From Escherichia coli (GTDB taxonomy: Bacteria > Pseudomonadota > Gammaproteobacteria > Enterobacterales > Enterobacteriaceae): a stretch of 64,000 nucleotides of DNA. Of the stretch, positions 30,028 to 39,254 are shown in pieces. Each line of letters opens with the position of its first letter. Within the stretch, counting starts at the first letter, position 1. Under the pieces are notes generated by a model. The model had not been told where the DNA came from. It worked only from the letters and a program-made list of their open reading frames with translations, and made no database searches. Made by a program: the position numbers and the translations under genes. The DNA is taken from NCBI GenBank assembly GCA_902500005.1, contig GCA_902500005.1_3678.1, one strand, 5' to 3'.

Positions 30028-31488
30028 TTACTTAGCGTACTCGATTAATTCCACAGTTTTCCCAAAGCTCGGGATATAATTTTTATTATACCCCTCAGTG
30101 AGGACCCATAGAGTATCGTACTTTTTCCACTTGTTGTCAACAACCTTTTGTTCAAAGTTATGCTCAAAGTATAGGTCGGTCAGGACGATGACATCTTTTG
30201 CATTAGGTATGTTGGCATCCAGATACTCGAACACGCAAGCAGCTGTTGTGCCCCATGTTGAGTGGACCTCATAGTTGATCATCTCATCTATGTTACCGCG
30301 AGTGTATACTTTAACCTCTCCAACCTCAGTTGACCAACAGAACATTGTAACCTTAAACTCTTTATACAGATTGCACAATCCGGTGATTTCATTGAACATT
30401 TTCTTTAAAGTTCTTTGAGAGATCGAGCCAGAAACGTCTAAAGCTACAACAATATCTATGGTGTTTTCCGGATTACGACCAGGAACAATAACGTGCTGGT
30501 TCTTGTTTATAGCCCCAACTTTTCGCATTGTGCTGGTCAAAGACCCAGATCGGCGACCAGGTTTTCTGTAGGTCAGTTCAGCCTTTCGTTTAGACAACAT
30601 GCGTTGCTTAATGATGTCTATATAGTTGATTACAGGCTTACCCCTGTTCTTGACAAACTCACGCACCGCCTCAGGGCAACGACCTCCGGAAGCTTGCATT
30701 GCTGCCTCCAGCATATCACCAGAGTCCTGCATGGCCTGATCTTTATCAGATTGACTGATTACAGGTTGTGGCTGATCATACCCCATAGCCTTTCCAAGAT
30801 TATCACTGGTGCCACCGTTCCCACTCATGTGATCATCGGTTTGTCGCTTATCACTTTGAGAGTTCTCACCTTTACCGTTCTTACTTTTACCGTTATTCTG
30901 ATCTCTTTGCTTATCAAGAACTGCATAAACGTTCTCAGCAATCCATCCATGAAACTTCATGTCGCAGTAGCAGCTGGCTAAGAAGCCAAAAGGCTTACCT
31001 TTCATGAACGTAGTGCTTTTCCCCTTCGGGAAGAAAACACAAGGAGGTTTGCTAAAGTCAACCACAAGGCCTGTGTTGATAACGTGATCACAAGCAATAT
31101 TGAACAGTTCCGGCTCAAAGCTTTTACCACGGACTAGGTGATCACAGATAATATGCCCCACCTCATGTGACAGAAGGAAGGCCACCTCTTTCACAGATTT
31201 TGGGGAATAGAAAACTTCAGCCATCTCAAACTGCTCGTCAGTTAGAGAAGCCTTAAGAATAGCCTTGCGCTCATCAGCCAATCCCATAATGAACTCAGGA
31301 CTGTAATAGATGCGTTTATGGTCGGTTGCCATGGTGGAGCACCATGTGTGGTTTTCTACGAACTGCAACCCTGACAGTAGTGTGCCATAAAACGGCAGCT
31401 TTTCAAGGAGATACATACGTGCAGCCTGCAACATTCTCAGGGCATCATCTTTTTGTGAGGCAATGATTTCTGAACTTCTGCTATCCAT
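30028..31488 (-). CDS. metallopeptidase-domain + von Willebrand A domain protein (DUF2201-like)
   Basis: HExxH motif (SHEVGHIICDH) in N-terminal half; vWA MIDAS motif (VVALDVSGS) in C-terminal half; ATG at 31488 after GGAG (track start is TTG). Confidence 0.65.
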   Translation of the reverse strand: MDSRSSEIIASQKDDALRMLQAARMYLLEKLPFYGTLLSGLQFVENHTWCSTMATDHKRIYYSPEFIMGLADERKAILKASLTDEQFEMAEVFYSPKSVKEVAFLLSHEVGHIICDHLVRGKSFEPELFNIACDHVINTGLVVDFSKPPCVFFPKGKSTTFMKGKPFGFLASCYCDMKFHGWIAENVYAVLDKQRDQNNGKSKNGKGENSQSDKRQTDDHMSGNGGTSDNLGKAMGYDQPQPVISQSDKDQAMQDSGDMLEAAMQASGGRCPEAVREFVKNRGKPVINYIDIIKQRMLSKRKAELTYRKPGRRSGSLTSTMRKVGAINKNQHVIVPGRNPENTIDIVVALDVSGSISQRTLKKMFNEITGLCNLYKEFKVTMFCWSTEVGEVKVYTRGNIDEMINYEVHSTWGTTAACVFEYLDANIPNAKDVIVLTDLYFEHNFEQKVVDNKWKKYDTLWVLTEGYNKNYIPSFGKTVELIEYAK

Positions 31489-31521
31489 TAAAACTCCAGA
31501 AGGGGCCAATGGCCCCTGTCA

Positions 31522-32562
31522 TTATTTAACGTGTTTGAAAATACCTGCCAACTCGGTCATTGTCATGCGGGTGGTCTTCATAAGATCTGTCATAGCTTTC
31601 TCCATAATTGGAGATACTACCATAAAGTTTCCTTTAGTGAAACCTTTATTCCAGTCGGTCACCAACAGGGGTTTAAGTCCAGCTCCAAGACGTTCACCAG
31701 TTAAAGCACAGCATTTGCGAATATACGAACTCTTAAATTGGCTGAACGACAGATCAACTTTCATACCTACATCGTAGAACGTTTGGCAATAGAAAGTGTA
31801 AGCTTTGGCAATCTCAACATCATCAGGTAGTGCAGGAACCTCTTCTGTAAGCTCCTCTTCGACCCCTTGAGTCTCTTTTTCCTCTTCATGCACCTGTTGC
31901 GTCATTTCTTCAATCTCTTCTGTGATAGGCTCGTTTACAATGTCGGAAATGTGCTTCTTGGGTGCACGATAAGTAACTTTAGACATCGGTAGCATATCTT
32001 CCTCCTCTTCTTCGTCAAAGAGTGCTAGTTTATCCTCTTCCGTTCCATATTGCAAGATGAAATCTTCAAAAGTATAATCACCTTTCAATTTCTCCATACG
32101 CTCTTCGCTCAGGTGGAGCATCATCTGCTGGACAATTTTTCGATCAGTTTCGTCTTTAATCAAGACTGCAGTCTTTTTATCTACCAGACAGTCCTTTAGA
32201 GAGTTGCATCTCAATCCCACCACACAACAGTTATCAACCGCATAAGGACCTTCATCATCTATCCGCTCCAGAGATGGGTAGAAAGGATTCCCCAGCCCGT
32301 TTTCATCTGTGTGCATGTCAAAAGGTATAAGGGTATAGTCGCATACTCCATCTCCTAAAAGTTTTTTACCAAATAGGAGGTATTCTTCCCATGACAGGTC
32401 GAACTCTATATCTCGTTTCCGTGCGTTATTCTGTTTGCGTCTATATTTTTTGAGCAAGCGCTCTAACTCTTCTGGTGTATAATATTTTTCAAGATTCATG
32501 AGTCGTCTCTCGTGCTCTGTAAGTGAAGAAATCGTATCAATTGTCTCAACAGATGTCAACAT
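31522..32562 (-). CDS. HNH-like (His-Me finger) domain protein with acidic linker (347 aa)
   Basis: …PSLERIDDEGPYAVDNCCVVGLRCNSLK resembles HNH endonuclease signature (from memory); poly-Glu linker; internal Met preceded by GAGGAGG. Confidence 0.45.
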   Translation of the reverse strand: MLTSVETIDTISSLTEHERRLMNLEKYYTPEELERLLKKYRRKQNNARKRDIEFDLSWEEYLLFGKKLLGDGVCDYTLIPFDMHTDENGLGNPFYPSLERIDDEGPYAVDNCCVVGLRCNSLKDCLVDKKTAVLIKDETDRKIVQQMMLHLSEERMEKLKGDYTFEDFILQYGTEEDKLALFDEEEEEDMLPMSKVTYRAPKKHISDIVNEPITEEIEEMTQQVHEEEKETQGVEEELTEEVPALPDDVEIAKAYTFYCQTFYDVGMKVDLSFSQFKSSYIRKCCALTGERLGAGLKPLLVTDWNKGFTKGNFMVVSPIMEKAMTDLMKTTRMTMTELAGIFKHVK

Positions 32563-32572
32563 CAAAAACGTG

Positions 32573-32601
32573 TTGACTTTACTCTAACTCCACAATATAG
32601 T
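32573..32601 (+). promoter_or_regulatory. sigma70-like promoter in divergent intergenic region
   Basis: TTGACT-17 nt-TATAGT, about 40 nt upstream of 32642 gene. Confidence 0.45.
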
Positions 32602-32641
32602 GCACCCATTCGAAAGAAAACTAACATAGGAGCACTTACTT

Positions 32642-33541
32642 ATGGCAAATCTTAACAGTTTTAGTACGCGGTGGAAACAGGACATAACAACCAATCTTTC
32701 AGCTGGGGACATCCTTTCTGCAATTTACGAGGCTTTAGATGATAAAGCTACTTCAAAAGCGGTTTGTACCAACCCATTAATTCCTATAGTGATGAAGGTT
32801 ATTGAGCGTAGATTGGTATCTGGGTCTGATAAGTGGACATATTTAGATAATGAAGGACACACCTATTCCAATGGGTATGTCGATATAAAAGTAGAATACG
32901 CGGTATCATACCGCCGGAGCGGTTCTGTAACTTTCAACTTCTCTGGAGGTTTTCGATCTCTGGCTACCTCACCTTTTGTTTCCTCAGAGGAGAAGTATGA
33001 GCTGCCATTTCTTTGGATGATGGCTAACGCGACAGGAAAAACCCCCGTTAGCATCCGAGTAAAATACAACTACAACGGATCTAGTAAGATCTATGCCGAA
33101 AGTGTCTCAGCAAGTTTTTATTTTGTGATGGGGGATGGAATCCTTAAACATATAAAGATGTGCGATATGCATGATGTTATAAATGAAGTGACTGATAAGA
33201 ATGTTCTAGTGAAAGACCTCAACAATTTTTATACACCCGGAGACTATTACGTCAGCCGTCCACTGTGCATCTTTAATGCCGCACACCCTCTAGGTGAGTA
33301 TTTGATCGCCAATAGCGATATTGCCAATAACCGCTTCGAGGTAGCAAGAGTTCAGAATGAGGTATTGACATCTTGCAAGAGCGGTGATAAGTTTACCGAA
33401 GAAGAGATGGGTGTTTTAGAAATGATGGGATATAAGTGTAGCCTTTGGGTAGATGAGGTGTTTAATGATTGCATCTATGGACAGGATATTTACCCATTAA
33501 AGAAGTATACTGATACAAGTTTAATTTATGCGAGGGTTTGA
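32642..33541 (+). CDS. hypothetical protein (299 aa)
   Basis: ATG with TAGGAG RBS; first gene of rightward block. Confidence 0.5.
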   Translation: MANLNSFSTRWKQDITTNLSAGDILSAIYEALDDKATSKAVCTNPLIPIVMKVIERRLVSGSDKWTYLDNEGHTYSNGYVDIKVEYAVSYRRSGSVTFNFSGGFRSLATSPFVSSEEKYELPFLWMMANATGKTPVSIRVKYNYNGSSKIYAESVSASFYFVMGDGILKHIKMCDMHDVINEVTDKNVLVKDLNNFYTPGDYYVSRPLCIFNAAHPLGEYLIANSDIANNRFEVARVQNEVLTSCKSGDKFTEEEMGVLEMMGYKCSLWVDEVFNDCIYGQDIYPLKKYTDTSLIYARV

Positions 33542-33543
33542 CT

Positions 33544-33816
33544 ATGATGAAGGCATGTGGTAATGTATATTACGTCGGTGAACATGTTCAGGCAGACAGT
33601 GTGTGGAAATCTATTAAGTCCACCACTGACGATGCCTTTCTGAGTGGACTATGTTTCCCCAATCCGGGAGACATCCTCCCTCATCCTGGAGATTTTGTTG
33701 TCAACAAGATGGACGGTTATACCGTGTGCCTGATGGTTGAAAAAATCTTTTTAGACACTAGACACAATCACCGTCTTGTGTTAAAATTTCAAGAATGTAA
33801 AATGACAATTGCCTAA
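33544..33816 (+). CDS. hypothetical protein (90 aa)
   Basis: ATG 7 nt after GAGGG (track start 33538 is TTG). Confidence 0.4.
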   Translation: MMKACGNVYYVGEHVQADSVWKSIKSTTDDAFLSGLCFPNPGDILPHPGDFVVNKMDGYTVCLMVEKIFLDTRHNHRLVLKFQECKMTIA

Positions 33817-33829
33817 GGAGACCTTACCG

Positions 33830-34186
33830 ATGTCTAAAGTTACTTATCGTGCAGCTATTTACTGCAATGAACACCCAATCAATAATGATGGTCACTGCCT
33901 TTTTAAAGAAAATCAATTGGGCTGTATTGTCCTCCCTGATGAAGGGGAAGGTTATCTTATTGCATTGACAGGGTTTGAACCTGAGGCTCTGGAAGCCAAT
34001 CTGGACTACCTGGTAGAAGAGGGTGCTGCAGACCTGGTTGCCAATGGCCTCTCCATAAGCCTTGACGAAGTAGAGCGCTTCATGGGCAATTACCGTGTAG
34101 TGCGTGAGTTTACTATCGAGGTGGAAACTCCGGAGTGGGGTAGCCATGAAACTAATGCCGAAGAAAAAGAAGAGGAGGTAGAATAA
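33830..34186 (+). CDS. acidic hypothetical protein (118 aa)
   Basis: ATG 8 nt after AAGGAG (track start 33809 is TTG); acidic C-terminus. Confidence 0.45.
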   Translation: MSKVTYRAAIYCNEHPINNDGHCLFKENQLGCIVLPDEGEGYLIALTGFEPEALEANLDYLVEEGAADLVANGLSISLDEVERFMGNYRVVREFTIEVETPEWGSHETNAEEKEEEVE

Positions 34187-34443
34187 TGAAAGTGCAGATC
34201 TTGACTAATGCCGAGAAGATGTTTATTGAAGATACACCTTTTGAAGCTGGTGAGCTACAGTTCATTTATTTTGTTGACTTAGATAAGGTGTTCCCTGCAC
34301 TGAATCTTGGTCTGGATGAAGTTCCTCATAAGGTTTTGTGCCAAGTTGTTCGTGCATTAGCGGCAGATGGGGAGTTCCACACCCTTGAAGATGTCCAGAC
34401 CTACGGGTATCTTGAACTACAACGAGAAGAAGAGGTGGACTGA
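34186..34443 (+). CDS. acidic hypothetical protein (85 aa)
   Basis: ATG overlapping upstream stop. Confidence 0.4.
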   Translation: MKVQILTNAEKMFIEDTPFEAGELQFIYFVDLDKVFPALNLGLDEVPHKVLCQVVRALAADGEFHTLEDVQTYGYLELQREEEVD

Positions 34444-34445
34444 TA

Positions 34446-34826
34446 ATGGCCCAGTGGAAGACAACAGTTGACCTTCATGATCAGTGGTTAGGACGCATCG
34501 CTGAAGACGGGAAGCTAGTGGAGTGGGACAATAAGCATGTTAGCGAGTTGGCAAGTATTGTAGCTGGCAAGTTACGCTCCAAGTTCCCTGAACAACTGGA
34601 TCCTGATAGTTCAAAGTTCGATCCTGAGTTAGAGGATGTTGTATACTACTTCGACACCGTTGATGACTACGACGCGTGGTTTGCAGCACGGGAGCTTTAC
34701 CCACAAGGCTCTGCTATGCGCCAGATGGAAGAAGATTATCCTCCGTGTGAGCAATTCAATAGTGCAATGACTTGCCTCTATGATTGGGCAGATAAGAACC
34801 TTGTCTGGATTCGGACTGCATTTTAG
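34446..34826 (+). CDS. hypothetical protein (126 aa)
   Basis: ATG start immediately after upstream stop. Confidence 0.45.
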   Translation: MAQWKTTVDLHDQWLGRIAEDGKLVEWDNKHVSELASIVAGKLRSKFPEQLDPDSSKFDPELEDVVYYFDTVDDYDAWFAARELYPQGSAMRQMEEDYPPCEQFNSAMTCLYDWADKNLVWIRTAF

Positions 34827-34870
34827 TGGGCAGGAATGGCGGCAAGGATGCTGCTTAAGGAGTAGTAGAG

Positions 34871-35140
34871 ATGTTATACCAGCAATATGAACTTCGTGCA
34901 GAAAAAGAGTTAAATTTTGACAAAGATATTCACAGATATTATTATGGGAAAGTTAGAGGGCAAGCAAGAAAGTGTACTCCAACACTCTTTTATGCCAGCA
35001 GACGACTAGCGCCAGAAGAGGCAACAGCAGAAAGGGTTGCGTACAACTGGAGAGTCACGTATGATATTGACAGATTCGATGTGATATCTGTTTTGGAAAA
35101 CTTTGAAAACACTTACACACAAGTAGAGGACTTTTACTAA
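34871..35140 (+). CDS. hypothetical protein (89 aa)
   Basis: ATG with GGAG RBS. Confidence 0.4.
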   Translation: MLYQQYELRAEKELNFDKDIHRYYYGKVRGQARKCTPTLFYASRRLAPEEATAERVAYNWRVTYDIDRFDVISVLENFENTYTQVEDFY

Positions 35141-36324
35141 TGTCAAGAAACGTATTCGAAAGTGGTCAAATCACTGTCCGTGAGTTGCCAGCTATTATTC
35201 AGTTTGCCCAACGTCATAGCCGATCTGTCCTAATTTTGGGACCAATGGGTGTGGGTAAAAGCCAGGTGATGAAGCAGATCGCTGATAATATGTTCGGTGA
35301 GCGAGATGACAACCTTGTTGACGTGCGACTGTCAGATAAAGATCCTGCCGACTTATCTGGGCTACCTATCCCTGTAGAAGCGGATGGAACTACACGTACA
35401 GTGTTTGCAATTCCAGAATTTTGGCCTGCGGATCCTGACTGGAGCGGAATTATCTTTCTGGATGAGCTCACTCATGCAGATAACTACCTGCAAAAGGTTG
35501 CAATGCAAATTATGCTTGACCACAAGTGCGGCACCTATGCATTCCCTAAGGGTTCTGTTTTTGTGGCTGCGGGTAACCGTTCTACAGATGGTGCGGTTCT
35601 TTCGGCGCTCGAAGCCCCTCTGGCTAACCGTTTTATCATTGTAGAGGTTACAAGCAATGCAGAGGTGTTTATTGAGGACTACGCATTCCTTAATGGGGTG
35701 CATTCCTCTGTAATTGGATATTTGAAAAGAGTTCCATCAGCTATTGATAATTATGAGGCTATGGCTGAGATTAATTGTCCATCTTTTGCCACACCACGAT
35801 CTTGGGTTGCTGCATCTGACATCTTGCACGATTTTGACAGCGGTATTATTTCTGACGCTATGGCCCGTGTTCTTCTGCAAGGTGCTATTGGTCACACTGC
35901 AGCGGTAGAGATCTGGACATACCACACCAAGAAACGCAATTTACCGGAAATCGGTCGGATTATGGCAGGTGGCTGCAAAGAATACGTAGGTCCTAAGCAG
36001 CCAGACATTTTGTGGATTCTTGGATCTGAAGGTTGTATCGCTATTCGTAATATGATGGAAAATGCAAGTATCTCAGACGAAGATCTTGTCAGCTGCGTGG
36101 CAAACTTCCTCGATTTCCTTTGGGAAAACTTCAAGGACGAGAACCGAGATTTTGTATTCTCAGTCTTTATGGCGATGATGAAACCTAATGCCTTAGGAAA
36201 TGCCTTGCTTATCGGTAAAGGGCGTGACAAGATTGTTGCTCAGCTGATCAAAGCATACCCAAACCTGATGAAGATTGTAAAAGAGTTTGGTGAAGAGTTT
36301 AGCGCCATTTTGGCTAAAGCTTAA
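35140..36324 (+). CDS. AAA+ ATPase, MoxR/CbbQ (AAA_5) type
   Basis: Walker A ILGPMGVGKSQ; Walker B IIFLDELTHA; sensor-1 VFVAAGNRS. Confidence 0.75.
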   Translation: MSRNVFESGQITVRELPAIIQFAQRHSRSVLILGPMGVGKSQVMKQIADNMFGERDDNLVDVRLSDKDPADLSGLPIPVEADGTTRTVFAIPEFWPADPDWSGIIFLDELTHADNYLQKVAMQIMLDHKCGTYAFPKGSVFVAAGNRSTDGAVLSALEAPLANRFIIVEVTSNAEVFIEDYAFLNGVHSSVIGYLKRVPSAIDNYEAMAEINCPSFATPRSWVAASDILHDFDSGIISDAMARVLLQGAIGHTAAVEIWTYHTKKRNLPEIGRIMAGGCKEYVGPKQPDILWILGSEGCIAIRNMMENASISDEDLVSCVANFLDFLWENFKDENRDFVFSVFMAMMKPNALGNALLIGKGRDKIVAQLIKAYPNLMKIVKEFGEEFSAILAKA

Positions 36325-36334
36325 GGGGGGTTGT

Positions 36335-36715
36335 ATGGCTAAAGTAGGTAAGCGGGGAAACTACCTGGTGGTATTGACCGAGGAGCCGGAGAAGGAGTAC
36401 GAATGCAGCTCCACTTGCGTGATCGATATCCGAGAAAAAGATGTAGATGAAATCTGGTTTAAAATATTGGACGCTTGCGATAGCAGTGATTATTTCTTCA
36501 TTTATGTCAACGATAAGGCTGGATTCTTCCATGACGACGGAGAGTTGCCGTATGAAATCTATGAACTTGTAGAGGCTTGCCATCGTGGAGATGCGGAGTT
36601 GTTTGGCCTACGGCTGAAAAGCGGTAAATTCTTCTATCAAGATGAGTGCATGAATCTTCATAACTTTGTAGAGGGAACTTGCAACGATGGAGAGATTTTG
36701 GCACACTACGATTAA
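36335..36715 (+). CDS. hypothetical protein (126 aa)
   Basis: ATG after AAGGGGGG (track start 36287 is TTG). Confidence 0.4.
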   Translation: MAKVGKRGNYLVVLTEEPEKEYECSSTCVIDIREKDVDEIWFKILDACDSSDYFFIYVNDKAGFFHDDGELPYEIYELVEACHRGDAELFGLRLKSGKFFYQDECMNLHNFVEGTCNDGEILAHYD

Positions 36716-36725
36716 TTTCTAAGAC

Positions 36726-36754
36726 CTCCCCCGCTTCGGCGGGGATTTTCTATT
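36726..36754 (+). terminator. rho-independent terminator
   Basis: cccccgcttcggcgggg hairpin + attttctattt. Confidence 0.5.
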
Positions 36755-36764
36755 TGGAGTCATT

Positions 36765-37265
36765 GTGAAAATTAAGATCTTTGCTATTATTTTGAGCGCA
36801 CTTTTATCGCTGCCTGTTGTTGCAGCACCAAAACAAAAAGTATATCATACTTGCAAGCCCTCAGATACTAAGGAAAACATTCTGGCATGCAATATCTACA
36901 GGGAGGCTAGAGGGGATGGCACGATGGGTATGCTGGCATCAGGGTTTGCCACACTAAACAGGAAATCTCACCCCAAATACCCAGACACTATAAGAAAGAT
37001 TGTCTACCAACCTAATCAGTTTTCGTGGACAAACCACGGCAAAACTTTTAAGGTGACAGAAAAAGATTCATGGGATCACGCTAAAAGTCTTGCAAAGATG
37101 CTTCTAAAGGTCTATAATAACAACCATGTTGCATACATGGCTATGGACATAACAGGTGGAGCAACACACTACCATACAACCAAAGTACGACCGAAATGGG
37201 CAAAAAAGATGCAGAGGACAGCTCAATTCGGGAGTCATATCTACTACAAGGAGCGCAATAAATGA
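36765..37265 (+). CDS. secreted SleB-like cell-wall hydrolase (166 aa)
   Basis: GTG start after GGAG; signal peptide MKIKIFAIILSALLSLPVVAAP; SleB-family motifs (IYREARGDG, ATLNRKSHP, VYQPNQFSWT). Confidence 0.55.
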   Translation: MKIKIFAIILSALLSLPVVAAPKQKVYHTCKPSDTKENILACNIYREARGDGTMGMLASGFATLNRKSHPKYPDTIRKIVYQPNQFSWTNHGKTFKVTEKDSWDHAKSLAKMLLKVYNNNHVAYMAMDITGGATHYHTTKVRPKWAKKMQRTAQFGSHIYYKERNK

Positions 37266-39244
37266 TTGTAAACAGTAATGAAACTAAAGCAGTACTAACC
37301 GGAAATATGGAGGTCACCAGGGGCTCAATTTCTCTGAACAAAGAGACTTTTGGGCTAATCATTAAAGGGATTTACGAAGATAAGGTGCTGGCAAGCTGCC
37401 GTGAACCAATCTTCAATGCTGTGGACTCTCATGTTGAGTCTGGACGGGGTGATGTACCGATCATCATTCACTCCCCTACAGACCTTGAACCATACTTCTT
37501 TGTGCAGGACGTTGGATTGGGCATGTCAGAAGAGATGGTCCGCAACACTTTCATGAACCTCGGGGAGTCAACCAAGCGCAACAGCAACGCTCTGGTAGGT
37601 AATAAAGGTGTTGGTTCAAAGGCTCCGTTCAGCATGGTGGACACTTTCGATGTTATCAGTGTGCACAATGGTGTTGAAAGCACATATCTATTGTTCTTGG
37701 ATCAGGGTATCCCAAACGTTACCAAGATCCGCGAGCGGAAGACTGAAGAGCACAACGGGGTAAAAGTTCAGTTCCATGTTAAGAAAGAGCATGTCCTGAA
37801 ATATCGCACTGCTATTGCGTCATGCCTACGCTATGCAAAGTTTCCGTTTACCGTTACCGACCCTATGACCAGTAAGATGCTGGAAGGTGACAAGGTTGAG
37901 GCGCAGTATCACTACGAGAAGGATGGTTGGAAAATGACCATCCTGAAAGGTTATACCAGCTCTGATGAGAGCCGTGTGGTGATGGGACACCAACCTTACC
38001 GCTCTAAGTTTCTGGAAACATTGACAGACTACCCTGCAATCTGTGTAGAGATCCCTATCGGGGATTGCAATATTAACCCTGGGCGCGAATGGACCATAGA
38101 GGGGCACGACGATGGTGGATTCCAAGAGCGTCTGGAGGCTTTTGTCAAAGAGGGTATCCGTCTTCGTGGGGCAGAAGTTGTTGCGGAATTGGAGACAGCA
38201 AAAACATCCTCAGAAGCACGTGAGATGATGAAGAACAGTGGAGTGTTCGGGCACATCTTCGGTAAGAATTTTATGTGGGACAGATGGGAAGAAACAGGGC
38301 TTGGCGACTTAGGCGATTGTGAAATTTTCGCTGGAGGCTTAAATAAAGGCCGCATAGGCTATGCTCGTTACGGAAAGTCGGAGTTCTTACGAGGTGTATA
38401 CCTTGTATTTAACGACGGAGATGGCAAATATAACCGAAATAAGTGTAACTATTTAAGCGAAATCACCGGACGCAACGTTTTCTATTGCCGGAACACGGAC
38501 CTAGTGAAAGAGTTTAAAGAGGCGGCACACCATCCGTTCTTTGCAGATACTGTCAAATTGTTATCAGAGCTCCCTCGCCGACCTGCGAAGAAAGGTGAAA
38601 CAAAAACTCATTACGAGCCAGGTTATTGGGTTAAAAAGCTTGAGAAGGATGGTTACTTCCGTCGTGAACGTATTACTAAGGCAGAGTTCAAGAAGATTAA
38701 GCACTGCATTCCTTATGAGGGTGATATCCAACGTGGAAGTTGTTGGCTGGGACAGCTGAGTAACATCTACCAGCAAAATTATGACCGTGTGCGTGCGGCA
38801 CTCCAGATTCCTGAAGGGGAAGACCTGTACCTGGTATCAGAATCCCGTCTGCTTTGGACTGATCCTGATTGCCAGTATGTTACAGAGAAAAATGTGGAAC
38901 ATTTGTTGAAAGAGGACGCCTGGAAATTCTTACTGACTCGCGCAGCAAATGAAACTTCATATGACAGCCTGTATAGACAATTAGGGAAAATTATCCCCAT
39001 GCAGGATTTTGGAAATTATCGGCCACATTTCCACAAGTGGGAAGGTAACACCGCGTGGAAGCACAGTGAGCTAAATCATCGTGCCAAAATCTTAATCGCC
39101 AACCGGGTTAAGTGCGGGAAGGCCTATATTGCAAGATTGGAAAAGAAATATCCACTTTTGAAGCATGTGGGCTTGAAATATTGGGACACTCCTGCTATGA
39201 TTGAATACCGTGAACTGATTGATACAAAGAATAACATCAAATAA
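37262..39244 (+). CDS. GHKL-superfamily ATPase (Hsp90/MORC-like), 660 aa
   Basis: Bergerat-fold motifs in order: N-box REPIFNAVDS, G1 VQDVGLGMS, G2 GNKGVGSKAPF; C-terminal two thirds unassigned. Confidence 0.6.
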   Translation: MIVNSNETKAVLTGNMEVTRGSISLNKETFGLIIKGIYEDKVLASCREPIFNAVDSHVESGRGDVPIIIHSPTDLEPYFFVQDVGLGMSEEMVRNTFMNLGESTKRNSNALVGNKGVGSKAPFSMVDTFDVISVHNGVESTYLLFLDQGIPNVTKIRERKTEEHNGVKVQFHVKKEHVLKYRTAIASCLRYAKFPFTVTDPMTSKMLEGDKVEAQYHYEKDGWKMTILKGYTSSDESRVVMGHQPYRSKFLETLTDYPAICVEIPIGDCNINPGREWTIEGHDDGGFQERLEAFVKEGIRLRGAEVVAELETAKTSSEAREMMKNSGVFGHIFGKNFMWDRWEETGLGDLGDCEIFAGGLNKGRIGYARYGKSEFLRGVYLVFNDGDGKYNRNKCNYLSEITGRNVFYCRNTDLVKEFKEAAHHPFFADTVKLLSELPRRPAKKGETKTHYEPGYWVKKLEKDGYFRRERITKAEFKKIKHCIPYEGDIQRGSCWLGQLSNIYQQNYDRVRAALQIPEGEDLYLVSESRLLWTDPDCQYVTEKNVEHLLKEDAWKFLLTRAANETSYDSLYRQLGKIIPMQDFGNYRPHFHKWEGNTAWKHSELNHRAKILIANRVKCGKAYIARLEKKYPLLKHVGLKYWDTPAMIEYRELIDTKNNIK

Positions 39245-39254
39245 GGAGACCAAG

